A stretch of 37,845 nucleotides of DNA from an uncultured Bacteroidales bacterium (GCA_902776605.1 CACYQQ010000005.1:1-37845), one strand, 5' to 3'. Numbered from the stretch's first letter, positions 9,310-19,024 are shown. Made by a program: numbers and translations. The notes: a model not told the origin generated them from the sequence alone.

Positions 9310-9591
9310 ATCAATGAGCCACAGCGGTGGAACCACTCATTGATTTTATTAATCAAAGACGCTTACACGTCAATATCTTCGAATCGAAATCTCGCAAATT
9401 TCCGTCTACTTGAAGGTTTGGCAACGTAATCGTCCATTGTTAGTTAGTAGTATGAATGCATTCTAGTATTTTGCTAGAACGGCATCTATACTTTTTCTGA
9501 CGTGGACTTTCGAACGTTGCTTATCCAAGTAGATGGCAATGCGAGAGCCACGATTCAGATAAGCAACTAGTAAGGAGTCCCCGTCTTTTTA
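9310..9591 (+). ncRNA. Structured 5' leader / candidate two-state RNA switch
   Basis: 5' hairpin 9310-9344; 9381-9436 complementary to 9503-9556; alternative hairpin 9499-9585 followed by a T-run. Confidence 0.6.
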
Positions 9592-9633
9592 TTATTCATA
9601 AGCTAAGGGATGACGCTATTAACTCATTTTATT

Positions 9634-9972
9634 ATGAAAACAAAGTATTTGATGATTTCCGTTCTCTCCTTGTTTTTCTTCTCTTGTGAATCAAAAAAGA
9701 CCAACGCAGAACAAGCCGTGGACAATGCCGTGAAAATCCATGAACAATACATCAAGGATATGAACAATGCAAAAACTAAGGATGAGGCCCAAGCAATTCA
9801 TAAAGAATATCGTGAGCATCTCAAATTTGAATCTACAAAAGTATCCAAAGAGGAACAAGACGAATTTCTCAAAAATGCAGATTGGGAGACCATAAAAAAA
9901 GCAAATGAGGCGTCTGAAAAAGCAAGGGAAGCCAGAGAAAATGCCAAAAAGAGATTTAGAAAGAATAATTAA
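9634..9972 (+). CDS. Small helical lipoprotein, function unknown
   Basis: MKTKYLMISVLSLFFFSC signal peptide II/lipobox; Lys/Glu/Ala-rich body. Confidence 0.8.
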   Translation: MKTKYLMISVLSLFFFSCESKKTNAEQAVDNAVKIHEQYIKDMNNAKTKDEAQAIHKEYREHLKFESTKVSKEEQDEFLKNADWETIKKANEASEKAREARENAKKRFRKNN

Positions 9973-10093
9973 ACGTTATTATATCCTTTCGATAGTGATT
10001 CCCCAAACGCAAATTTTGTTTTAGCTATAATATTACTTTGATTTGACTGATAGCTCATACTTATTTTGCGTCTGAGTGTTGATTAACGACATA

Positions 10094-10150
10094 AAAAATA
10101 ACGGATATGAAGGAAGAGGCTTAAGCCCTTTCTTCATATCCGTTATTTTT
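10094..10150. terminator. Bidirectional intrinsic terminator
   Basis: aaaaataacggatatgaag ... cttcatatccgttattttt between convergent genes. Confidence 0.85.
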
Positions 10151-10209
10151 GGCATTCTACCAAAGTAGTGACCGATTGCTATTATTGGCTATCTCCCCAA
10201 AAGCCCTAT

Positions 10210-13095
10210 TTATCGACCACTTTCTTGTAGTGAATCCTCTTTTGCTTTCATCAACTCCTTAGCGCAGGCGACAGCTTGGTTGGCATTGTCGGTGTAGGCG
10301 TCGGCGCCGATGCGGTCGCAGAACTCCTGGGTGACAGGAGCGCCGCCAATCATGACTTTGACCTGGTCGCGGATGCCGGCCTCCTCGAGGGCGCGGATCA
10401 CTTCGGGCATGTAGGTCATGGTGGTGGTGAGGAGGGCCGACATACTGAGGATGTCGGCGTGTTCACGTTTCACCGCCTCGACGAACTTCTCAGCAGGAAC
10501 ATCGATGCCGAGGTCAACGACCTCAAAACCAGAGCCTTCGAGCATCGAGATGACGAGGTTCTTGCCGATGTCGTGGAGGTCGCCTTTGACCGTACCTACC
10601 ACCACTTTGCCGAGGCTCTCCATCTGCCCGTTGCCGCCATGCGCGGTTTGGTACTCCTTGATGAGCGCCATGGCCGCCTTCATGGTTTTGCCTGCCATAA
10701 GCAGTTGAGGCACAAAGGCTTTACCCTCCTCGAAGCGTTTGCCCAGAATGCCCATTGCGCCTATCATCTCGTTGATGATATCGGTGCCCGGCAGACCGTC
10801 GGCCAACATCTTCTGCACCAAGGGAGTGGCATCGTTCGCCTTGCCCGACAGGATGGCTTGCTGCAAAGGAGTGACCGAAGGAGCCGAATCGGCCGAAGCC
10901 GGCGAAGCGGTGGTCGAAGCAGAAGCCGACGCAACAGCAGGCCATTTGCCTGGTATTCGGGGACTTACGAAGCAACCCGGAGCGGTTTCGACCAACTGAG
11001 CAAGAGCACGCATGTGACCATCGTGCGTACCGCAACAACCGCCCACGATGTTAACGAGATGTTCGTCGAACATCGGCCACATCTGCCGCTGGAAGAGGTC
11101 GGGTTGGGTAGGGAACACGCCATCGGCATCGGGAATGCCCGCATTGGGGAAGACCGAGATATAATAAGGCGTCTCGGAGGCGAGGCGACGGGTGAGGTCG
11201 GTCACCATCGGGATGTCGGGATTGCAGTTGATGCCCACCGAGAGGACATGATAGTCGGGGTGCAACTGCTTGCAGAAGTCAATCACATTCTGTCCCACCA
11301 TGTTGAAGCCTTCGGGCGTGCGCACCGTGAAACTCAGGAAGATAGGCACACGGATGCCCGTCTTCTGCATCGCAGCCATGGCGGCATGGAGATAGGCTTC
11401 ACAGTTCTGCGTGTCGAAGATGGTCTCGTTCAACACGCCATCGACGCCAGCTTCGAGTTGCGCCTCGATCTGCTCTTGGTAGATGGACATGAGTTGCTCG
11501 AAGTTGAGCGATGCGCCCTCCATCGAGATGGTCTCGCGCGTAGGACCGGCACCACCCAACACGTAGCGCGGTTTGTCGGGGTTGGCCAATGTGAAAGCGT
11601 CGGCCAACTGACGTGCCAGCCGACAAGCTGCCAGATTGATTTCACGTGTCCGGTCGGCAAACTGTGCCGGCAACGAACAACGTTGCGCATTGAACGTATT
11701 GGAGGTAATGATGTCCGACCCAGCGGCCAGGAAACGACGGTAGATGTCGCCGATGACGTCCGGGCGCTCGATACTCAGGAACTCGTTGCTGCCACTGGTG
11801 CCCGTGAGGTGGAGGGCATGGATGGTAGTGCCCATGGCGCCGTCGAAAATCAGAATACGTTGGCGCATCAACTCCTCCAATGGGGGACGATTCACCGCCA
11901 AGGGGGCGACGTCGGTAGGCGCAAACTGATTGAGTGCCAACGCCGTACCACGTGGACGCATCTTGCTGGCGCGCACCTCGGCAATGATGCGTTGCGCCTC
12001 TTCGACCTCCTGCTCGTTGTGGAAGTCCATCTCCAGATGCACGCCCTCGGTACCGATGGCCTCCAGAAGAGGTTTCAGTTCGGGCAACGTGACCCACGAG
12101 ATAAGCACACTCTTGCCCCCAGCCAGAATGCGGCGGTAGAGGTCGTACCACTTGGGCGATCCACCTTGCGGTTCGCCGACACCAGGAGTCCACTGGATAG
12201 CCTTCAACTCCTTGATTTCCAACAACGCAGGCAAGTGATGCATGGCTCCCACACCGTCCAGATGATAAATGGTATAGGGGATGCGCTGACATTGCTCGCG
12301 GATGAAAGGTTGGACGAAACGGCGATAATCCTCGTCGCTCAACATGGTCGAGAGATCACATTGCAACTTGGTCATCTTGCCAGGTGCCCATGCCGAGAAG
12401 TAGCAGAAAGCCATCTCGCCATCCTCCTCCCGGATGATGTCGTAGAGTTCGTCGAACACCTGGAAATAGATGTCGTTGATGCGTTGCATCTGGTCGAGCA
12501 AGACCTCGGGTTGCTCCATGATGTCCATCATCACTCGGTCGGTGCCCTTCATGCCTGCCAGCACGTCGATGCCCTCCATCAGGTCGGGCATACCCACATA
12601 GTAGTGGCCTTGCGCCTTCTCCTTGCAGGCTTGGAGCAATGCTTTGTGCAACAAGTAGTTGGGATGATTGGGGTTGAACTGGAAGTCGTCCGTATAATGG
12701 GGGTCGGGGTGAATCCAGATGGTATCGTCGCCCCCCTCAAACTGAGCCCCCAGAATAGCCGACATCGACCCCGGTCCCAACTGCGTGTTGGCGACAGGCA
12801 ACATATCGGCCTTGAGACAGGAGTGGCCGACATACCAATCCAGATAGTTGGCGCGCCACTCGGGGTCGAACCATTTCTGGTCATTGTCCCGAGGCACAGG
12901 GGCACCAGGGATGACATTGCCCGTGCCGAAACCCGTCGAAGTGGCCTCTTGCACCGGAGCCTCGCCAGCATAAGGTCCATGAGGCTGGACGCCCACCTGA
13001 AAGTGCTCCCACATATTGAGCACAATGCCCTTGTGGTTCCACCAATCTATATAGTGCTGTTTAGTTTCAGCCAAGTTTTCTTTCCACGTCTTCAT
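10210..13095 (-). CDS. Corrinoid methyltransferase fusion: URO-D-like domain + homocysteine S-methyltransferase + B12 cap/binding domains
   Basis: aa ~1-375 URO-D-like (LQCD.STMLS, YHLDG, IQWTPG); aa ~405-715 DGAMGT, ETIFD, GINC, PNAG.P, GGCCGT; C-terminal GDLHDIGKNLV, SALLTTT, GGAP. Confidence 0.85.
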   Translation of the reverse strand: MKTWKENLAETKQHYIDWWNHKGIVLNMWEHFQVGVQPHGPYAGEAPVQEATSTGFGTGNVIPGAPVPRDNDQKWFDPEWRANYLDWYVGHSCLKADMLPVANTQLGPGSMSAILGAQFEGGDDTIWIHPDPHYTDDFQFNPNHPNYLLHKALLQACKEKAQGHYYVGMPDLMEGIDVLAGMKGTDRVMMDIMEQPEVLLDQMQRINDIYFQVFDELYDIIREEDGEMAFCYFSAWAPGKMTKLQCDLSTMLSDEDYRRFVQPFIREQCQRIPYTIYHLDGVGAMHHLPALLEIKELKAIQWTPGVGEPQGGSPKWYDLYRRILAGGKSVLISWVTLPELKPLLEAIGTEGVHLEMDFHNEQEVEEAQRIIAEVRASKMRPRGTALALNQFAPTDVAPLAVNRPPLEELMRQRILIFDGAMGTTIHALHLTGTSGSNEFLSIERPDVIGDIYRRFLAAGSDIITSNTFNAQRCSLPAQFADRTREINLAACRLARQLADAFTLANPDKPRYVLGGAGPTRETISMEGASLNFEQLMSIYQEQIEAQLEAGVDGVLNETIFDTQNCEAYLHAAMAAMQKTGIRVPIFLSFTVRTPEGFNMVGQNVIDFCKQLHPDYHVLSVGINCNPDIPMVTDLTRRLASETPYYISVFPNAGIPDADGVFPTQPDLFQRQMWPMFDEHLVNIVGGCCGTHDGHMRALAQLVETAPGCFVSPRIPGKWPAVASASASTTASPASADSAPSVTPLQQAILSGKANDATPLVQKMLADGLPGTDIINEMIGAMGILGKRFEEGKAFVPQLLMAGKTMKAAMALIKEYQTAHGGNGQMESLGKVVVGTVKGDLHDIGKNLVISMLEGSGFEVVDLGIDVPAEKFVEAVKREHADILSMSALLTTTMTYMPEVIRALEEAGIRDQVKVMIGGAPVTQEFCDRIGADAYTDNANQAVACAKELMKAKEDSLQESGR

Positions 13096-13113
13096 AGCTT
13101 TGTGTTTTATAAA

Positions 13114-13175
13114 TTATAGTTACTATAATTATAATGACTATAGTAACTATAGATATTATAGAGAATAACTAATAA
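13114..13175. repeat. Degenerate 9-bp AT-rich tandem repeat (CTATAGTAA-like)
   Basis: attatagttactataattataatgactatagtaactatagatattatag. Confidence 0.6.
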
Positions 13176-13187
13176 CTCGTTGAGCGC

Positions 13188-15461
13188 TTAGATTTCCAAC
13201 CCTTTGAAATCGGACGTAATACGCAGTGTCACAACATCATCGGTCGAATACTCATCGGTGCACTGGATGTCGTGCGACAGGAGGGGTATCTCTGCCTCGG
13301 AACGGACAAAGACGGGCATTTGCTTCAAAGGCACTTCAACCCCATAGTACCATCGACCACCTTGCCAATGCTCGCCCGTGAAGAGGTGAATCCATTCACC
13401 CTCAGGGAGATAAATATCTCGGCGGTTGTCGGAATTCATCACGGGACAGACCAAGAAGGTGTCGCCAAAGTAATATTCATCGTCGATGTGCCAGACGGTG
13501 CGGTCGGCGGGATGGTGATAGAGCAAGGCGCGCACCATCGGATAACCCGTCCGAGTGCACTTCTCGGCCTGTTGGACAATGTAGGGCAACAAGCGGTAAC
13601 GCAATCGCCACCAACGTTTTACGATAGGCGCAATGGTTGGATATTCCCATGGTTCGCGTTTGCAGGTGCCATGATAGCGCATGTGGGAAGTGAAGACACC
13701 GAACTGGGTCCATCGCACATAGATATCGTCGTGCAGCGGCGAGTTCATGAAGTTGGGCAACGAGTGGAAACCCGGCACGTCGTGACTCCAGAACGAGAAG
13801 CCCGACAGACCGAAATGCAAACCACCCTTCAAACTACCTGCCATGCCGTCCCACGAGTGGGCAGAGTCGCCGCCCCAATGCAGTGGATAACGTTGTCCAC
13901 CTGCCCAAGCCGAACGCCCCCAAACAATGCCGTCCCCACACACTTGGCGCGTCACGTCGTAGGCAGAACGTTGATAAAGAATGGAATAGATATTGTTCAA
14001 CTGCTCGGGCGTACGACCATCATGATAGTGCGCATCCATGTGAATATTCTCGCCGAAATCGGTCTTGATGCAAGTCACGCCCATCTCCAGAAGTCGGCGC
14101 AGGAGTCCTTGGTACCACTTCACAGCCTCGGGGTTGGTGAAGTCGATGGTGCCAGCATAGTCGAGGGTTGAGAAGTTGGAGCCCGAACCATTGCTCTTAC
14201 GGTTGGGACGAGGGGCAATATAATTATGTTCGACGGCTTCGGCCAACTGTTCAGCAGCCTCGGCCACATAAGGTAACTGCCAGAGCGAGACGCGAAAACC
14301 CTGTTTCAAGAGGTCCTGCACAAAGCCCTTCGGGTCGGGGAAACGCTCCTCGTTGAACTTCCACTCACACAACCAGTCGGTCTTGAACCACCCCGTGTCG
14401 AGGTGAATCACGTCACACGGATAATGCTCCTGACGGAGACGTCGGCAGATGCCATTCACCTCATCGGCCGAGAAATAGCTCATGCGGCTCATCCAGATGC
14501 CGAAACTCCAAAGTGGCAACATGGGCGAGAAACCTGTCAGCTGTCGGTAGTGATACTGGATGCGCTCGGGCGTCCCGCCTCCTATCACGAAGACATCCAT
14601 CTGCGGTTCTTCGCTCAGGAACTGGGTGGAGCGGGTCGAGTGGTCGGCCAACGACATCTTGCTATAAGCCGATGTGTGATAGAACATTGCGTACATGCGG
14701 CTGCTCATGTAGAACGGCACATTCTTGTAGCAACGGCGATTGTTCACGCCCTGTCCATCCTGATTCTTGAGTTGGAAGGTGCGACCCGAGAGGTCCATCT
14801 TGGTGAACCGCTCTCCACTGCCCACAAAGCATTCATCCGCCTGGCACTCTACCGAGAGTGTGATGCTGTCTATCTTTCCGTTCCGTTGCACATAGGCCAA
14901 CGGCAGGGCATCGTACCTTGGGGGCGAGAAATGGTCGTAGGCCGACAAGTGCACCGCCTTGTCGTTGCCCTCTGGATAGAGCGTCAGGTCGAACGTCTCC
15001 TGCGGTGGGGGCAACAGGTCACTCCAGGGGTCGAGTACAGGGGCACGGTTATCCAATCGGGCATAGATCTTACCCTCAGCATCGAGCACCACAAAGAGAT
15101 CCTTTTCGGTCTCTACCACCTGGAGAGGCAGCACCTTGACCGACGGGTCGAAACAGAGCATCTCGTCATTGTCCAAGTCGCCCGTCAAGGCAGCCAAACG
15201 TTGGTCGCTGAGCCGTACGGTGAGGCGCAAAGTCTGGTTGTTATAAAGGCGCAACAAGACCTTATGTTCCACCCTACCGACCTCCTTGTCGGCCTGCATT
15301 TCGTTCTGTTTCAACTGTTTCTGAAAAGGAACGGTGAACACAACGCCCTGTTCCGTCGCCTCCACTCGTGTGGGCCGACAAGCTATCCACAAGGCCTCAT
15401 CGGCTTGCAGATTGGGGTCAAAATCCAGGAAATCGAACAAATGATAATTGGTCTGTTTCAT
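13188..15461 (-). CDS. GH31 alpha-xylosidase-like glycosidase, cytoplasmic
   Basis: YKNVPF, IHLDTGW, nucleophile KTDFGE, acid/base HWGGD, WSHDVPGF, RWTQFG; no signal peptide. Confidence 0.92.
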   Translation of the reverse strand: MKQTNYHLFDFLDFDPNLQADEALWIACRPTRVEATEQGVVFTVPFQKQLKQNEMQADKEVGRVEHKVLLRLYNNQTLRLTVRLSDQRLAALTGDLDNDEMLCFDPSVKVLPLQVVETEKDLFVVLDAEGKIYARLDNRAPVLDPWSDLLPPPQETFDLTLYPEGNDKAVHLSAYDHFSPPRYDALPLAYVQRNGKIDSITLSVECQADECFVGSGERFTKMDLSGRTFQLKNQDGQGVNNRRCYKNVPFYMSSRMYAMFYHTSAYSKMSLADHSTRSTQFLSEEPQMDVFVIGGGTPERIQYHYRQLTGFSPMLPLWSFGIWMSRMSYFSADEVNGICRRLRQEHYPCDVIHLDTGWFKTDWLCEWKFNEERFPDPKGFVQDLLKQGFRVSLWQLPYVAEAAEQLAEAVEHNYIAPRPNRKSNGSGSNFSTLDYAGTIDFTNPEAVKWYQGLLRRLLEMGVTCIKTDFGENIHMDAHYHDGRTPEQLNNIYSILYQRSAYDVTRQVCGDGIVWGRSAWAGGQRYPLHWGGDSAHSWDGMAGSLKGGLHFGLSGFSFWSHDVPGFHSLPNFMNSPLHDDIYVRWTQFGVFTSHMRYHGTCKREPWEYPTIAPIVKRWWRLRYRLLPYIVQQAEKCTRTGYPMVRALLYHHPADRTVWHIDDEYYFGDTFLVCPVMNSDNRRDIYLPEGEWIHLFTGEHWQGGRWYYGVEVPLKQMPVFVRSEAEIPLLSHDIQCTDEYSTDDVVTLRITSDFKGLEI

Positions 15462-15569
15462 GAGGTGAGAGATGATTATAATGGGATGAATGGGACTATA
15501 TTATTATGAGCGACATGAGGCGAAGAGGACGAAGAGAATGCAAACGACTTTACTCTCTCGAGGATTTTA

Positions 15570-15602
15570 CTCCTCCCCTTTACGGGGAGGTCGGGAGGGG
15601 GT
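15570..15602. repeat. REP-like GC-rich palindrome
   Basis: cctcccctttacggggaggtcgggagggggt immediately after the stop of the beta-helix gene. Confidence 0.7.
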
Positions 15603-15604
15603 AT

Positions 15605-17416
15605 TTACTCTTTAAACACAACGTCCTTGCCCACCTGATTCTCGCCAATCTTCCTTTCGGGCATCGCGTTCCCTTGGATAGTGAAGCCGTCGGTGGCTTC
15701 GTCCAGATAGATGTAGAAAGCACGGTTGTTGGTGGCAAAGGGAGCTCGTCCCATGCTATCCAAATGGTTACCGAAGATGGAAGATTTCGGTTGATACGAG
15801 AGCGTATAGATGGCGCCACAATCGTGCAATTGGAGGCCGAAATGCGAGACGTGATTGCAGTTAATATGGTTGTTCTTCATCGGCCACCGACGACGGGAGG
15901 CTCTGTCCTTCGGAGCAGGCATCCACCCCCATCCCATACAGATTCCACTCCACTTGCAATGAGTGACTTCATTGTAGGCAATAATGGTGTTATAGACAAA
16001 ACCTGCATTGATGGCGGGAGCGCCCCAATCCTCCATGCCTACGTGTTGTATCTCGTTGGATGTAATAAAGATGTCGTGGCAAAGCCTCCGCCTATCGGCA
16101 GGCAAGAACGGAGCATGCGTCTCATGACCTCCGGTCGAGAAATCTCCCACCAAGATGGCGGTAGCGCCGATGTCGGAGAAACGGCAATTAAAGATATGGC
16201 AATTCGAAGCGGTCTCGACATAATCTACGGCACATGCGCCCAAGTGGGCAAAATCGCAATCGTCAAAGACGACAAGTTCCACGCCTTGCAGGGTGATGGC
16301 CGATTGTGGACGACCAATCCAGGCCTGGTTTTCGAGCGATGCCTTGTGAGGCAATCCCGGTTCCTGTAGTTTGTAGGCATCGATGATGGGGAATCCGGCC
16401 TGCAAGGTGACCCATCCCTCCCGATTTGGGGTAGTCCACGAGGTATATTCAAAACGGATGCCCGAGAAATAGACATCGTGCACAGGACGTTCCAGACTGC
16501 CCTCCACCTTTACCAACTGGTCGGTGACTGGGACGATGATGGGTTCCGACGGACGTGCACCACCAAGGTCGGGACTGACATAGTATATCAACCCGTCCGA
16601 AGGACGTTGCAGCCATTCGCCCGGCTGATCCAGGCACGACACATGTCCGTAGAGGTTGAACGACGACGAGACTACGCGACCATCCTCCAACGTGTCGTTG
16701 ATGACGGGTTGCGGCCAAGGATGCTCAAACTCGCGGCGACTCTCGGGGTCGTGGAACGAGATGCGGGCCTCGTCCTTGTCCATCCGTATCCCCTTGATAC
16801 GCAACAAAGCGATGGCCCATCGTTGGTGCACCAGCATCCAACCCAGGTCATCACTATGCAATAGTTCCTGATTGATATATTCTTGAGGAATACCGATCTC
16901 GCAACGCGAACGGTCGAAACTGAGCATCGGCAACAGACTGTCCTGCGGCACCAACGAGGCTTGCGGCAAACGCTGTCCTCCCTGCCACAACTGACGGGTC
17001 TCCACCCGACGACCCTGCACACGCGGGGCTTCACATACCCAAATCTGTGGACGCACCTTCGTTGGCACTCCTTGCAGTTCGGACGACGTGGGACGACGCC
17101 ACCCTTGCAACGGCACTCCTCCACACAGAGTTGCCTTGCCGGCATGCTCCGCCCGTATCGAAAAAGCATGGTTCCTCGTTCCGCTATCCTCGGGACGCAA
17201 CCAGAGGGGTTCGGTCAACAAGTAATCGCCATCGGCCAAAGTGATGGAAAAGTTGCCACGATGCAACCGACGTGCCTCTCGCACCTCCCGCAACACGGCC
17301 GACAGGTCTTGTCCTGGCTCGACGCGGATTTCGGTTTTCGATGGACCATCGGCAGCAAAGGCCAGGATGGGCCATACGAAGAGCAGGCAAGTGGCCAGTT
17401 TTGCGAAGAGTTTCAT
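15605..17416 (-). CDS. Secreted right-handed beta-helix protein, GH141-like
   Basis: Signal peptide; G.Y.L..PL.L.PEDSG, LDQPGEW, F.GIRFEYTSW, SGICMGWGW, DCGAIYTL, YIYLDE. Confidence 0.75.
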   Translation of the reverse strand: MKLFAKLATCLLFVWPILAFAADGPSKTEIRVEPGQDLSAVLREVREARRLHRGNFSITLADGDYLLTEPLWLRPEDSGTRNHAFSIRAEHAGKATLCGGVPLQGWRRPTSSELQGVPTKVRPQIWVCEAPRVQGRRVETRQLWQGGQRLPQASLVPQDSLLPMLSFDRSRCEIGIPQEYINQELLHSDDLGWMLVHQRWAIALLRIKGIRMDKDEARISFHDPESRREFEHPWPQPVINDTLEDGRVVSSSFNLYGHVSCLDQPGEWLQRPSDGLIYYVSPDLGGARPSEPIIVPVTDQLVKVEGSLERPVHDVYFSGIRFEYTSWTTPNREGWVTLQAGFPIIDAYKLQEPGLPHKASLENQAWIGRPQSAITLQGVELVVFDDCDFAHLGACAVDYVETASNCHIFNCRFSDIGATAILVGDFSTGGHETHAPFLPADRRRLCHDIFITSNEIQHVGMEDWGAPAINAGFVYNTIIAYNEVTHCKWSGICMGWGWMPAPKDRASRRRWPMKNNHINCNHVSHFGLQLHDCGAIYTLSYQPKSSIFGNHLDSMGRAPFATNNRAFYIYLDEATDGFTIQGNAMPERKIGENQVGKDVVFKE

Positions 17417-17460
17417 AACTGTAAGGTTTAAGGTGAGGGACGAAGGTTGTGGCGACTACG

Positions 17461-18837
17461 TCACAGGAGGAACTTGATGATGTCGTTGGCATTCACCACA
17501 ATAAGGAGCAAGATGATGAATCCGAAACCGACATATTGCAGACGGTCCTTCAACTTGTCGCTCAATGGACGGCGGATAATAGCCTCAATGGCAAGGATGG
17601 CAATGTGTCCACCATCCAAGGCAGGAATAGGCAGGATGTTCATGAAGGCCAATGCCACAGATATGAATGCTGTCAGACCCCAAAAGGCACGCCAGATCCA
17701 CTCTTCGGGGAAGATGGAACCCATGCTACCGAATCCGCCCAACTCCTTGGCGCCCTGTTTGGTAAACACCAGTTTGAACTGGCGCACATAGTTGTAGAGC
17801 ATATCCCAACCACGGCCAATACCAGCAGGAATGGCTTCGGCAAAAGAGTAGTCGATATGGGTGAAGTATTCCTGACCAATCATGTTCTTGAACGAGAAAC
17901 CCAACATACCGTTGGCCTCCAACTTCGTGCGGAAGGAATAGAGTGAATCGGCACGCAACACGCTGATAGTGACCGAGTCGCCAGCATGAGCCTTCAACTG
18001 TTGGCGCACATCGGCAATATAAGGCGTGCTCAAACTGTCCACCCGCATAATACGGTCGCCACGCAGGAGTCCAATCTGCTCGGCGGTCTTTCCAGGCAAA
18101 ACCGAATCGACCACCATAGGCTGACGGATGGTGCAGAAGTTCACCAAGTCTTCCTTGTACTCCAAGAAGTGCGTACCCAACGTATCGGGCAGCGCGATGC
18201 GAACCTCCTTGCCCTGACGCAACACCGTCACCTCGTTGGCCAAGAGGATACCACTCTGGAACGAATTCAGATCCTGCACCGGTTTGCCATCCAAGGCCAT
18301 GACCACGTCGTCGTCCTGAAAACCGACGTTCTTTGCCACCTCGCTATAGGCCACGCCGTAAGGCAAGTTCTTGATTTCCAATATATCCTTACCCCAATAC
18401 CAAGCCATGCCGATATAGATAACAACGGCCAGGATGAGGTTGTTGAGCACACCACCGAACATGATCATGAACTGGGCGAACTTACCTTTCTTGACAAAGG
18501 CGTCGGGACGATCCGTATCGGCCTGTTCGGCATTGTGTGTCTCGTCAATCATGCCCACAATGGCACAATAACCACCAATAGGCACCCAACCAATGCCATA
18601 TTCCGTGGCACTGGGGTTGACCAATGTCGGGAAGTGTATCACATCGAAGAGGTGCAGGCCCTGCTTGTTCCAACGCAACAGTGCAAAGTTGTAGGCATCG
18701 AAGAACAAATAGAACTTTTCGACACCCACCTTGAAGAAGCGTGCCCACATGAAGTGACCCAACTCATGAATAAAAACCAGCAAAGAGAGACTGAGCAACA
18801 GCTCCATTGCCTTGAACCAAAATATAGAATCGAACAT
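17461..18837 (-). CDS. rseP: RIP metalloprotease RseP
   Basis: HELGH, P.GGY, PDZ region, NILPIPALDGGH; directly downstream of dxr. Confidence 0.95.
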   Translation of the reverse strand: MFDSIFWFKAMELLLSLSLLVFIHELGHFMWARFFKVGVEKFYLFFDAYNFALLRWNKQGLHLFDVIHFPTLVNPSATEYGIGWVPIGGYCAIVGMIDETHNAEQADTDRPDAFVKKGKFAQFMIMFGGVLNNLILAVVIYIGMAWYWGKDILEIKNLPYGVAYSEVAKNVGFQDDDVVMALDGKPVQDLNSFQSGILLANEVTVLRQGKEVRIALPDTLGTHFLEYKEDLVNFCTIRQPMVVDSVLPGKTAEQIGLLRGDRIMRVDSLSTPYIADVRQQLKAHAGDSVTISVLRADSLYSFRTKLEANGMLGFSFKNMIGQEYFTHIDYSFAEAIPAGIGRGWDMLYNYVRQFKLVFTKQGAKELGGFGSMGSIFPEEWIWRAFWGLTAFISVALAFMNILPIPALDGGHIAILAIEAIIRRPLSDKLKDRLQYVGFGFIILLLIVVNANDIIKFLL

Positions 18838-18855
18838 TGTGATTTTGGAAAAATC

Positions 18856-18910
18856 AAATTACAAATTACGAATTACAAATGACTTGCAACCAATTACAAA
18901 TTACAATTTA
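18856..18910. repeat. Heptamer tandem repeat (AATTACA)
   Basis: aattacaaattacgaattacaaat...aattacaaattacaat; complement occurs at 23073-23100. Confidence 0.75.
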
Positions 18911-18930
18911 TTAACCGTATTGACTGAAAG

Positions 18931-19024
18931 TCCCCCCTCGGGGGTCCTCGCAGCGACAGGGAGGGTTGATAACCCTCCAGCGAGAAGACGAGGCTTTAGC
19001 CGAGGGGCACTTAGGAGGGGTCTC
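18931..19024. repeat. REP-like element carrying a GTCCTCGCA...GCGAGAAGAC module (copy 1)
   Basis: tcccccctcggggg + module 18943-19005 + ttaggaggggtctc; overlaps the dxr stop codon. Confidence 0.8.

Noticed and set aside
10210-13095. Annotation as canonical metH
   Set aside because: Lacks the pterin-binding and reactivation domains and has an extra N-terminal domain
10276-13119. 947-aa + strand ORF and other long antisense ORFs (e.g. 5761-6777, 18966-20234, 36082-37056)
   Set aside because: Shadow frames of well-supported genes with GC-rich third positions; no recognisable motifs
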